The notes beneath the pieces are model-generated. The model ran no database searches. It worked only from the letters and a program-made list of their open reading frames with translations, and had not been told where the DNA came from. The translations under genes and the position numbers were made by a program. Shown here one piece after another: positions 27,110-39,860 of a DNA stretch of 64,000 nt (the first letter of the stretch is position 1; each line of letters opens with the position of its first letter). Source of the DNA: Nitrospirales bacterium (GTDB taxonomy: Bacteria; Nitrospirota; Nitrospiria; Nitrospirales; UBA8639); NCBI GenBank assembly GCA_965203295.1, contig CBDBCZ010000015.1, positions 320,001 to 384,000 of the forward strand. Reading direction: 5' to 3'.

Positions 27110-28355
27110 AAATACCATGTATCAGGTACAGGAGAATTTAGATTTATACACTAAGCCAACAACTGCATTTGTGGCACTATACCATGTTTGAGTCATAAGA
27201 CACTGGCACACACAGTGCACATATATAAACAGGTGCTTCTTGGTGTTCCTGGTTACAGCATCTACTGTAGATGGTGGAAACAAAAAGAAAGCTGCCTATG
27301 CTCGATGCAGGCTCTAATTTGCCATCCTTTCTCTGCTTTTGTGCTGTATTCTACAATAGCACCTGTGTTTCTACCATGATATCATCTAGGTGATGCTTCC
27401 TGTCATATGCTTCCTTTTGTTTCTTTTGTGCCCAAGAGGTGTGACTCTCTACCTTCGTGAACACTCTCTCTCTTGACTCAAGCAGAGCCTGGACAGCTGT
27501 ATCAACATCTAGTGCATTCTTGTCAGGTGTGTTTGATGGAGATAGCACTTCTTGTCAATCGGGAGCCTCATGTGCTGCTGGAAGAGTATGTAATAGGGAG
27601 AATGCTTCGTGGAGGCTTGGAAGGAAGCTCGATAACCCATCAGGACCGTATCGATCTTTTCATCCCAGTTGATCTGGTCATCATTGCACACCTTGGCCAA
27701 GCATTGTGATTAGAGCGCTCAGTAAGCCCATTGGTCTGCAAAAAAAGCCATTACAAGGGTAAGTGTACTAGCTGTTGCTAATATAGAATGTAATTAGTAA
27801 AATTAATTAGTGAGTATTTGTAATACCTGTCAGTGGTATGCACTAGTACTCCTGTGATCTGTTTTGGTGATGGAATACAACTCCGCTGACAGCTCATTTA
27901 CGAACTCTCTTCCTTGATCTGTTATCAGGGCCTCGGGGCTGCCTAATGTACAGATCACCTGTAGAAGGGAAAACATGTGACAGTATGATCCACTTTTGAC
28001 TGTCATTTAAAAAGTAGCTGTCAAGTCTAGCTGTCTGTGAATACTTTATGCAAAGTTTGCCTGCATTCAATACTTACAGAATAGATGAAATTGGTAATAC
28101 CATCTGCATGCTTTGATGGGAGTGGTGCTGCTTCTGCCCACTTGGAAAAGTAGTTGGTGAGTGTGGCAATGTATTTGTTGCCTCGAGGTGTCTCAGGTAA
28201 AGGCCCTATCAAGTCCATCCCAAGCTGATGGAAAATGTTGGGCTTCACAGGGATTGGGCGCAGCCCTCCCACAGCCTTCTTCAGCTTCTTGTTGCCGCGT
28301 CGGCAATGATCACATGATTCTACCTCATTTAAAAGGAATTTTGTTAAGCTTGTTA
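27110..28355 (-). mobile_element. Ginger/GIN-type DDE integrase (transposase) remnant with introns and degenerate C-terminal PHD
   Basis: Exon ~28355-28078 (CDHC, GMDLIGPLPETPRGNKY..YFSKWAEA), exon 27958-27827 (ITDQGREF..TSAYH*Q) and exon from 27735 (TNGLTER..YRAS..TKHSPY..AQKKQKEAYD), joined by GT-AG introns; SYDSNMV*C..C..W at ~27150-27210. Confidence 0.85.
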
Positions 28356-28589
28356 TCTGCATAGAAGATAAGTGTAGATGAAGGAGACTTTCTTTTTTCC
28401 ACCTTTGTAATACTCCCTCTGATATCTCTCTCAATCAATCTTATATTAACTCTATTGCTTTGTGGATTTCTGCTCACTACCTTACCATTAATATACACTT
28501 AATATAAGACCAATAACATGTTCATTTCTTTTAAACCTGCATCTTTCTTCTCTTCCTTCCCCTTCCTGTACCTTAATGGATCTCTTCTT

Positions 28590-30549
28590 GACCAAGTCTC
28601 CTCTTTCTACGATGAGCTCAGCAGAAGTAGATCTGAGATCTGTCTGAAGAGTACGTGGGGTGCTGTCTGTGCTGATACATGGACAACCAAGATGCCTCTG
28701 TCTTCTGTAGACAGCTGGGATTCTCTCCGAATGGTTGGTGAACTACGTTTTATCTCTTATTCATTTATAGCTAACAATGAATAACTTTCTTTGCAGGTGC
28801 AGTTGCTGTACACACCAACTCCTATAGTGACTCTAGTGTTTCAGCACACTTGGCAAATGTTAACTGCACTGGAGATGAGTTAGCATTGCTGGGCTGCTCC
28901 TACAACATTGCAGACTCTGATGTCTGTCAAACACTAAATGATGCTGAAGTTGTCTGCCAAGGTACGTATGGCTGTGTATATTGTCTAAGTAGTGAAGCAG
29001 GTGTAACTATATGGACTTGCAGGTCCTTTGGAGAGTACATGTTGAGATAATTATGTTCAGTACATACACTATATACATTTGAATAGAATGTGTACCGAGT
29101 AAGTATTGCATGCAAGTAGAGATGCGTATGTAATGGTTACAAGTAAGTACGTCTGAGTAATGGTAGCAATGTTTGGGAGGGTCCTGTCGAAATCTGCATC
29201 AGCAATGCCTGGGGCACTGTCTGTGATAATATCTTTAGCAGAGATGACTCCGTCGTCATTTGTCACCAGCTTGGATTTTCTCGGAAAGGTCAGCATTTAG
29301 GGGTTTATGACAGTCAGTGTAGAAATTCACCTATAGGGATGAACTATTGAAGTTAGTGCATTGTTTCAAGAGATGCATGTGTATTTGGAATGGGAAGTGG
29401 TCCTATCTTCTTGGATCAAGTAAACTGCATAGGAAATAAATCGAACATTTTGTATTGCGACATGTTTTCTCCCATTGGTGACAATGGACCACACATGTGT
29501 GACCATACCCAAGATGCTGGTGTCCGATGTGAAGGTAGGCATGTACTCTGTATGGAATTTGTACCACAAAGTTGGATGTTACCACTGACATATGTATGCA
29601 CTTCCTGACCCTACATACATAATAAATCTCTCACTACACTGAATATGCATACCTACATACATACGTAGTTGGATCACAGCTGTAAACCAAAGACTAGCTT
29701 AACAGCTATGTAATGTATTTATGCACCTTTCAGACATCGATGAGTGTGAAGACAACAATGGAGGATACAGTCAGATCTGCACTAACATTATTTAAAGCTT
29801 TGAATGCAGTTGTAACAATGGCTACCAGCTAGTGGACACTTTCTCATGCATCGGTATGCTTTAATAATAATACGTGTTTTGCCGTGATGTGGACACATAA
29901 CCCTTCGTCTTCAAATACTCTGGTAGATATTAATGAATGCTTGGATGGGAATGGTGGATGTGAAGTTATCACTTCCACCAGTTACGTAGCATACCTAGCA
30001 TTACTAGACTACACTACTGTCATAGTAGATGTGTATTCCTTGTGTTTTCTTGCAGACATCGACGAGTGTGAGAATGATAATGCTGGCTGTGCCCAGTTGT
30101 GTAACAATACCATTGGAAATTCTGTGTGTGACTGTTATTCTGGGTATCTGCTTGATGAAGATGAATTTGCTTGCTATGATAATGCTAGTTCTAAACACCA
30201 GAGTAGCATTACAACCTGTTCGTATTATGATCACTGATTTAAATAATAGGTGAATGTGCAGAAAGTTTGGATGACTGCCATAGTGATGCTTTCTGCACAA
30301 ACACTGATGGTGGTTTCTTCTGCACCTGCAATACTGGATATGAAACAGATTGTTCAAGTAAGTACGCACACTCATACGTAATTCCATGTCTTCTTGATGG
30401 ATAATGTAGTGTATCTTTTTGCTATATAGATATCAACGAATGCACTAAGATGCACATCAGTCATCCCAATGCAACCTACATCGATACCATAGGGAGTTTT
30501 GAATGCACCTGCAATGCAGGTTATGAAGGAGATGGAGCCGTGTGCAACA
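28590..30549 (+). pseudogene. SRCR + calcium-binding EGF exons, probably continuing the NIDO-EGF gene
   Basis: SRCR exons ~28590-28733 (WGAVC..DASVFCRQLGF, frameshifted), 28797-28961 and ~29371-29534 (GSGPIFLDQVNC..CDHTQDAGVRCE); cbEGF exons 29734-29853 (TAA at 29793), ~29927, 30056, ~30245 and 30430-30549. Confidence 0.85.
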
Positions 30550-30879
30550 GTAAGTACATATTGTGAAGGAAATGGTCCCTCTTAGAAATGTGGAATGTTA
30601 ATCTGAGCAGTCACTGCAAATATTAAGTAATATTACCCATCTACCTACATATGTGCATATATGGGACATGCAGCTTTACAAACTTCAACTATTAGCGTAC
30701 AATCAGTTCTGACTCTAATGATTTGCCTGGTCCTTGGTTGAAATGTAATAACATGATGTGGTCTGCACATTTTCATTTTTCCTATCCAACCTCTGCAATA
30801 AATTACGTAGCAGTGCAATTGTTGTGGCCAATATGAGCCAGGGAAACATTTCAACCTTCATAAATGGTAAAGTAATTTA

Positions 30880-32070
30880 ATACGTGTATTGAATGGCTTG
30901 GAATTTATCCCTCAAGTAAAACTTGTAATGCCATAAATAACTTTCCACATCCTACCCCTAACCCAAGTTCCCATCACTTAAACCATAAGCCATCATGCCA
31001 AACTATAAGGATTTCCTTCCCCCATTCTACTTGCATGATTTTATTTAGAGTAAAAATGTTATAAGCACAACTACTTTTCTCTCTAAATCCACCTGACCCT
31101 CATGAACAGCCCTTTCTGATTCTAGTCTGATTACTTTGTGATTTCTTGCAAGACAGTTTCCTACCTCACTCAATAGACTGTGTAATGCCTCTGTAATAAC
31201 CCGGGTCCTCAGCATCACCATTCTTAACAATTAACCCTTGTCTCCATTTTTTGGAACACTCCCCTCCATCCAAACTACATGTACTTCATATAAGACTTTC
31301 AACAGATTAGCCATTCCTTGCCATCGTATTTAAAAAGCCCCCCAGTTATCCTATCATTACATGTACCTCCTGTTTCATTATTCTTAAGGTTTTAGAACAC
31401 TTTTTCATGTCTGCAAAACCATGTAATCACCCTATCCTTAACCTTTTCCTTCTGTAAACATTTCACTATACTCTGTCACTTTCTTTTCTACATGCTCTCT
31501 CCAGCTATCATCAAACTCCTCATCTACAGTTGCTGTACCCAACCTTTCATAATGCTCATGTAATACTTCCAACTTTCCCTTAGTACTGGTTATGCATGAA
31601 CTTGAAGTACTCCTCAAGAAGCAACGATTACCCTTCGAAGTCTTGCCAACAGAAGCCCAAAACTCTTTGCTGTTTTTCATAAAAAACTTTATTCCAATTT
31701 GCCTCATTAACCTAATCTCACCATCCCACCCACCTCGCCGCTTTACCACACACTGTCACCTTTTCTTTAATTCTTTTGCTACCCTCTTTACTATATACAT
31801 GTACTGGGTATCTTCCCAATCCTGAGCCACTGCTTTCACTAATTCAAATCCCCTCAACCCCTGGGTTTTCCATTGGTGTACCCTTTCCTGAAACCCTTCT
31901 ACTTTTATACTTAAGGCCTCCTGATACTTCTGTCTCACTTCCTCATCCTGAAACTGTTCATTTCTTAATCACCTGCTTGTGTTGTTTAGTGGTTTTCACA
32001 GTGCTTAAAATTATTCACTCTTTTTCCATACTAATGCAACCATCAACACTGTCTTGTCTCATTGTCTGCA
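30880..32070 (-). mobile_element. Decayed LINE fragment (pre-RT region and RT N-terminal motifs), same family as 2810-4630
   Basis: NSKEFWASVG..KGKLEVLHEHYERL; GYYRGITQS motif near 31190; similar to plus-strand copy at 46420-47620. Confidence 0.75.
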
Positions 32071-34791
32071 TGACATAGAGAATTCTTCATTGACATCATC
32101 TGTCTATAGATGTTGCTAGGGTGCATCACGTTATATTGAGCCCCCATAAAAATGTTCCTTTTGGAACAAATATTTTGGTTTTGCGATGTAATATTTGGAC
32201 CTCCCTTGGAAAAAAGTGCCGCATGTACTAACAACCTCCCGTCTTTCAATCATTTGTTGTCAAGCTATGGAGACAGTGGCGGATGATGATTAGAACATCA
32301 GCGAATCAGAAGTGTATCATATTAGTAGAAAGAATAATGAAATTTCAGGTCTTGCATAGTTTGATCGTGCTGTCCGGCTCCAAAGCTTCTGCTTAGGTTC
32401 AAAGAATCTAGCTACTCAACTCTACTAGCCTGAGATCGATAGTAAGCTCTCAGTAAAGCTTGCACCCAAACTAAGTGATAAACTTGTCCAGAGCAGCGAA
32501 TCGTCAGAAACTGTATTTCAGTTTGGGAAGCTAGATAAGTTTTGATAGTGAGCTTGTGCTGTCTGACTCCAGTGTTCATGAGCAGCCATGTCAATTGCCC
32601 GAGATGCCTTTATTCAGTGTTCTTTTTAAAAAATAAGAGTTAGTTTTAAAGAAGGAAGAATTAGTCTCAGTTTTAGTTAGCCAACTATAATGAAAATAGA
32701 GGTACTAAATAATTCTGTTTTTGTTAACTAATATTAAAAACAAGTATTTCAAAACCAAATTCAACTACAACTGGAACTATAAGGGCACTGGCCTCAGGGA
32801 ATCAACTACAACTAAAGTAATTTTTTCCACCAAAATCAACCATCTAGTTATGGTTAACTAATGCTAAAAGTGTTTTAGTAACCTTTTTTTTACTTTACAA
32901 TAGTTACATGTGCAGCTATGTCACAGTGAAGAATATGCACCCAAAATATTCTCCTTGGATACGGTTTTACCCCTCGGCTGCGCCTGGGGTAAAACCACAT
33001 CTGCAGAGGATGTAAAGGCACATATCGTCTACTGAGACGTGGTCTATATCTTGTAACACTGAAGCCATACTCTACAAAGGCACCACATGCAGCAGAGGAG
33101 ATTGGTTCATTAACGTGCGTGTCGTGCTTTTTGCTGCACTTAATTACATTCCATGTTGCATTACAGCATACAATTAGCTCACTGAGAAGCTAAAAAGTAC
33201 AGATTGAAGCTAGGTAGGTATCAACAAAGAGGTATATAGCAAATGCCAAGGTGCCATAGGTGTGACAAGAACGAAAAGCTACACTGACTCAAAACACAGG
33301 TAAGCATAGCTCGTTATAAAGCTGCAATGGCCTGTAGATTATGCAAGATGGTTCCAACGGATCTAGATAGGCAGCAGCTTTCCGTTAGTAGATAAAATCC
33401 ATTATATAGTCTGGCCTTGTAAATAGGAAACGACTGTAGCACTGCAACGACCCAGGGGTTGAGCAGGGTTGACTCGATTTTCTGAAAGCGTATCACAACC
33501 GGATTCCAACAATATGCGTTTTCTTGTATATTGGTATCAGAACTTGGCCAAAACTAGACCAAACTGCTTTTGTACAGGCAGCTCCATAGAGAATCCATAC
33601 AACTCCACAATCACGTAGGCTGTCACATGACTGTATCTAATAGAAAAGCATGGTCTTAGTAGCTCACTAAGACACTACTACAAGTTGAAAATATAACTCT
33701 GTGTCGGTGGTTTAGCTGTATAAACTTTTCGGGCGTCGCACTCGATAATATTATGGCAAGGCCTTGCCCAATTATGCTCTCTTTTTTACCTATTATGTAA
33801 TTCCCCAGTTTTGCCCCTATTATATGCTTTCAACCAGTACCTATTATGCTAATTGTAGTTGTCAAGTGACAGTCTCGTTCATAAATAACAATTAATGGTT
33901 GTACTGTAACACGATCGACACTTCAATATGCATGTAAATGCTGTTCATTAACCCCTTTACCAGTGGATTTCTGCTCCCATAAGACCCTGTCATGCTCAAA
34001 ATTATGCTTAAAAAACCTCCACCTCGTTGTATTACCTAATATACCTTGCCAACAGGTATCTACCAAATTTAGCTACCTCATTAAGCAGGCTTATTTCATT
34101 CAGAGTGCTATTATAGTAACTCTGACCATTCATTAAGTTGACCCTTTAAGGTCCTTTGACACATATATTATGCGTCATTGTGTATTGTGGCCCTAATGCC
34201 CATTGATTCATATATGCGTCATGGACTTAGATCGAGGGGATTTAGGACAACGGAGATTCCCATCATGAATATTGATGTCATAGTGAGTAAAAACTTTATT
34301 TTAGTGCCAAGCAGGGTCATCCCCATGCTGTTGACGAGAAAATTTACAATAAATAACATCTGCCACTTGAATGGACAACGTACAGCTCAGAATTCTAGGA
34401 CTGGAGGCTCAATACCTATATAGATGTATCGTACAATACCTCTACTAATCTGTGAATGTTCGGATCAGATGCTGTTGTGAGAGAGTAAGTGGTGGTGATA
34501 TTCAATTATCATTTGGTATCAACAATCTGCTGCCGCTTGCCACTTTTTGAAGATCAATCGCGCTTGAATCTGACATCAAATCAAAGCTTGGGAGCTCTTC
34601 TCTTCAGTTCTGTGGCGTGTTCAGTCCAAGTCTTCCCCTATTGTGTGCTACAAGGCTTGATTGACAAACTAGTAGCACTATTCCACACCGCTCTAACCGT
34701 AGCTGATAAAGCTTATTGTCCCATCCTAATTAGTAGATCAAAGGCATTAGTGTGCTGGACAAAACTGTTGGCACTGCTGTCGTCATGCAGT

Positions 34792-34845
34792 CATTACCCC
34801 GCGGCGCGTAGGCGTCGGCGCGGTTAAACGATTGGTTCTGTCTGT
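34792..34845 (+). mobile_element. HINE-like 5' terminus (hairpin followed by TCTG repeats)
   Basis: ATTACCCCGCGGCGCGTAGGCGTCGGCGCGGTTAAACGATTGGTTCTGTCTG has the same layout as the element at 4171; 3' end not found. Confidence 0.4.
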
Positions 34846-37557
34846 TAAGGGGACATGCTGTTAAGGGGACATGTTCTTTCCCTGCGTTAGCTTTCTCTTT
34901 CTCACAATGGAGTTACAAAACATCTTAAACAGCCCACTCAAACCTACAGCTCGTTTGATGTCTGTGTAGCTTGCCACTGGACTCCAGTTCAACTTGATTA
35001 CAGTTAGCCACTGGCCTGACTTTGAACTGAACTGTGCTTGAAGCTAGCCTCCAGTATCCTTAGAAACTGGAGGGCTTTCTATGGATACTGGAGGAGTTGA
35101 CTCCTAATTAGATTTGGAAGCAGTGACAACTTTTTGTCCACATGCTACTTAAAAACCAACTAAAATAACCCTTGTACTAAAACTAACACATCTACATGTA
35201 TGCAATACTAATAGAGTGCAGATATGAAAAGGAGTAGCAGACAGTGATCATGCACTATCCATTTGGCTAGCCTACTTGTATCTTGCAATGAACATTCCAC
35301 GTTCATGTGCAGGGGGTACGAAACGTCCTGCAGGCACATGTGGTACAGTGTGTGTACTGGGTATAGCCAACTACCTCACTGGCTCAAAGCTAAAGTATGT
35401 TCACCTCATATATTGCCTTTGTATGCTCATTGTTATGTCATGATTACTATTATTGGTAGTAATTACTAATAGTGATCACCTGTGGTTGAAAGTACAGTAT
35501 AAGTAGTGTAGCATTGCACCCAGACCTTCCTACCCCAGCTTTTGTCGGGCAGCCGTGGGTGGAGGTAGTGAGACAGTAGCTGGGGTGGGAAGGCCTGGGT
35601 ACTCGGCCATGAGAAGCGAGGAAAAAATACAGCAACCACATACATTGTATAAAAATATGTACTTACATACTTTCCTTGGCCTGCCAGTATGTTAAGTGCT
35701 GAAATGGACGTACTATAAAAATCAATGTTGGTGTACGAGAAAGACTTTGATCTCATGTCTTCATTTTTTTTGATTGTTTATCACATACTCACACCCCTAA
35801 AGAATCCAAGAAATATCAATTGCCCTACCCCAGGAAACATTGTCTGGCAAAGTGAGTAGGTACGTGAAGGTGCTAAGGATGGGTGGAGTCTCACCCAGTG
35901 ACGTTGTTGACCTCATCAATAGTTATTCTATTGACCGTGGTACATAAACACAAGAAGAGGTTTGTGAGTGGAGTTGGCAGTTAATGTACAGTCTGTTACC
36001 ATTTTAGGAAAGTACTTCTTCAATACCTTCGCCATACAACGTCATTGAAAGTACACTGTATGTACACACTTTATATTCTTGTATAGGCCAGTTGCAATGT
36101 TTGGTTATCAATGCAAGGTACATGTACATATAAGACAAAGCTGCAGCAACAAAATTGCTATACATCTTGGCTTTACCTTTACTATCATTGACTGTTTTCA
36201 AATTACTTCTAGAACATGGTCATACTGCTGTCAGGGCATAGCAAGAACTGTTACGTGCCGTGAGCACTATCCGACTTTTTATGTACGTGCTATCACGATA
36301 GTAGTGCCAACACATCTGGCTGAAGTCCAGGAGCAAGACTGTAACACATATGACAGTATACATAATCACACACCATACAAACGGCTGCTCTTTGAATAAT
36401 ACGGAGTGGCTAGAGCTAAGTGCACTGGAGGCTTTGTTTTTCTTCTTGCCAGAGTTAGCTTTTGTTTACTGAATCTGTCGTACCTGTAAGTCTGAAAGCT
36501 ACTCTATACACTGCCTTCTAGAGATGGTCGGTAGCTGAACATCTTATTGTGCTATCTGCATGCGCACCCACTTCACAGATTGAACACTAAGTGTATACAG
36601 TATATAGTCACGGACTTCCAGTAGTGAGGGGACCCTAGCAGGGTATGCTGGGAGGTTTCTCTTTGTACAATTGGCAGATTTTAACTGGAGACCATTGAAT
36701 AGGTTTGAGGGAAAGGGCATGTGGCAATACTTAATTCCCACTATAGAGCATAGAGTATGCAGCTAATTGGTGCTGTGGATGGTAGTGCATTTGCAAAGCA
36801 GTAATGAAACAAAGGTCTAGTAGCTCATTGTAATACTTATACAGATGATGCACATGCCAAAGTTGTGCCCGTTATGATTCATTGATGTTTAATCACCAGG
36901 TACAATGGAATACGCCATTGACATGTGCACCATGCAGCTGATAAGAGCTTGTCCCATTAGACTGAAAAAGAAAACCACTCGACATTACATATGAACAGAG
37001 GAGGGCCTCACCATGCATGAATGAGAGCGTTTATTGAATAATCATATCCACTAAGCAGCCCCATAACCAGCCCTGGGTATGAGGCTACCACTAATGTCAA
37101 TTTCATTGATATTGTGAGGCTCAAATGAAGAATTTTACACTCATTCAACTCAACAGGTGCACTATTCTCTCTCTGAACTGAACCTGCACAACAAAGAATC
37201 AGTCCTGAATTTACCTCATGTTAATTATTTGCTCTTGTGTAACTACGTACCAATATGATGAGCATGTACTAATTAAGTGGGTCTTTACAGCTCATTCATA
37301 TTGTGTATATCCCATTTTAGGAATGTTCTATAAACCAATGCATTCAATCGTAACCTGCCGCCCCTGCAGGTGACTGGCCTCAAAGCCCCATGAGACATAC
37401 ACAAACATCTGGTGATTACATAGAGCTCCATAAGGGAGTTGGGTCTCTTCATCAACATGGAATTTCTTGGTAGCTGATTCTATTGGTAAAGGAAATAATT
37501 GCCCTTGCTAGGCCTTTGGTGCACACCACTCAGTGGCACTTGGCTTGGCTGGTGCAC

Positions 37558-37600
37558 CATAGATAATACAGACTTTGGTTTACGGTTTATATTATCTATG
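37558..37600. mobile_element. 43-bp micro-MITE (CATAGATAATA..TATTATCTATG) with perfect 7-bp TSD
   Basis: GGTGCAC at 37551-37557 and 37601-37607 flanks an 11-bp TIR. Confidence 0.85.
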
Positions 37601-37925
37601 GGTGCACCATGCAGCACCAATTTGGCAATTTTCATACACCTTAAGTTTGAGCACACTCTAGACTAATTACACCACTTAAAGATTAAGTCATGCATTACGC
37701 AATAGGCTGCTAAAGGCAATATGAATGTATACAGTACTTCTGCACTATTTGGTTTCAAATTTCTAGGTGAATCACAAGTGGTTGTAAGGAGATTACTCCA
37801 ATGTACTATTCTGATTATACCTGAAAAGAGCATAATATGCCTTGCTCCTACAGTGTACATGTAGCACAATCTATACACTAGCTGCAGTTAAAGACATTGT
37901 GTTTTACATGTACATATCCGGTTAA

Positions 37926-38564
37926 GGTCAGGCCCAACCGGAAGTGAAGAAATATTGAAAATTCATGACCGTGTACGGTTTCGACGCCCATAGCTCGACA
38001 ACACTGCGATACAAGGCCGTAAAAACTATGCAGGGCTAGAGTATAGACGCTAGAGAAAGCTTTGGAACAAGAATTATGTCGATACGTGGAGTATTTCTAC
38101 CGTACAGGTGCGAAATTCACTCATCTGCTTAAAACACATTCGCGGTAAATCCCTCCGAATCCAAGAGACAGATGTAGCTGAAGCCACGACTGTATCTGTA
38201 GGACTATGGATTACATGTCCAGACATCGAGAATGAAGACTTATCGCCCTCCGTTGGAGAGTAATGGCCATAATTGTTGATTTTTAAAGTCGGCTCTGTAC
38301 GCACAGGAAAAAGGCGATAAGTCTTCGTTCTCGATGTCTGGACATGTAGACCCTGTAGAAGTTTAGCATATCCGCGAATCAAACCTAGAGGTAGCTCGCG
38401 AGTCCTGGGATTTACCGCGACAGATTGTTCTGGCAACTCACTAACGCTTTCACTTAGTACATGAAAGTATTACTTATCATAATACATGAAGTATTATATT
38501 ATCTAAGGTTGCCATAGGTACCAAGCGGCGTGCGCAGCGTAGGAACTTCCGGTTGGGCCTAACC
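37926..38564. mobile_element. TTAA-flanked MITE with GG..CC termini (Kolobok-like)
   Basis: TTAA|GGTCAGGCCCAACCGGAAGT ... ACTTCCGGTTGGGCCTAACC|TTAA; internal inverted pairs CATGTCCAGACATCGAGAA and CGCGGTAAATCCC. Confidence 0.8.
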
Positions 38565-38668
38565 TTAACAATTAACACTCAACGCAAATAGGAACTTAAC
38601 TGTATAATGGAACAGTTTTGCATATCAGCTTTCTGCCTACTGTATTCATGTCTTCTACCTTGACTCAC

Positions 38669-38851
38669 TCTGACTCTCTCTTCAATGGGCAGTAATGCTG
38701 TCTGTCTTCCAATGTCCTCTGGTAGTATGGGAGTTGGGGTACAACTCCACTGGTAGAAACACTGAACTGTTTGCTATGTGACAATCCATCAGCTGCGTGC
38801 ATCATTCCCTCTGTGCTCTCAGACACCAGCGTTAATCCATAGCCAGGAGAT
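38669..38851 (-). pseudogene. RCL1: Isolated, frameshifted exon of RNA 3'-terminal phosphate cyclase-like protein
   Basis: SPGYGLTLVSESTEG...(frameshift) LPEDIGRQTALLPIEERVR resembles RCL1 SPGFGLSLVAETT...LPEDLG..ALLLEEI; AG acceptor and GTGAGT donor. Confidence 0.75.
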
Positions 38852-39429
38852 CTACACAGTAAATATTTTTTTTGCGGTGAAGTAAACATATACAATAGTT
38901 ATAATTGGGGTATTACAAAATGCAGGATTCAATAGCAAGGCAAAGAACAAAAACGAGACAATGCAGAACAAAAATAAAGTGCCAAAATGTAGTAAACAAA
39001 ATACAAACTAACAAATAATATTATTTAAGGGGGAAAATGTGAGAAAATTAGCAGTCTTGTTACTTTCACTGGGGAATTATAATATGAACGTGGGCAGAGA
39101 TCAGCTAGCCCCACCCATTGGCAGTGCATCTTAACTGATAATAAATTATTTAAATACCGCATACCTAGCATACCCACGTGATTAATATCCCTTTCCCAGC
39201 CTACACTTTAACCTTGATTGCTAATTATCTATGCGCAGTCTAGCCAACTTCTAATACACACCATAAATAGTACTCTACTATCTATGTACCCAACCAAGGG
39301 GTCGCTCTCGCGATCAGTCTCTTTCCGGCTTGTGAGACTAAGCGATCCCATGGTGGGTAGAAGTTGGCGCTAACTAGCTAGGTATTAACATAGATAATAA
39401 AGTCTACGCTATAGGTACATATATTAACT

Positions 39430-39801
<372 letters not shown>

Positions 39802-39860
39802 GCAAGCGTGAGACTTCGACCTGCCTGTTTGCCTCCATTGCCACGCCCCTTAATATTTAA

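Noticed and set aside
27110..28355. Gypsy LTR retrotransposon
   Set aside because: The integrase contains GT-AG introns, and no RT, protease or LTRs were seen.
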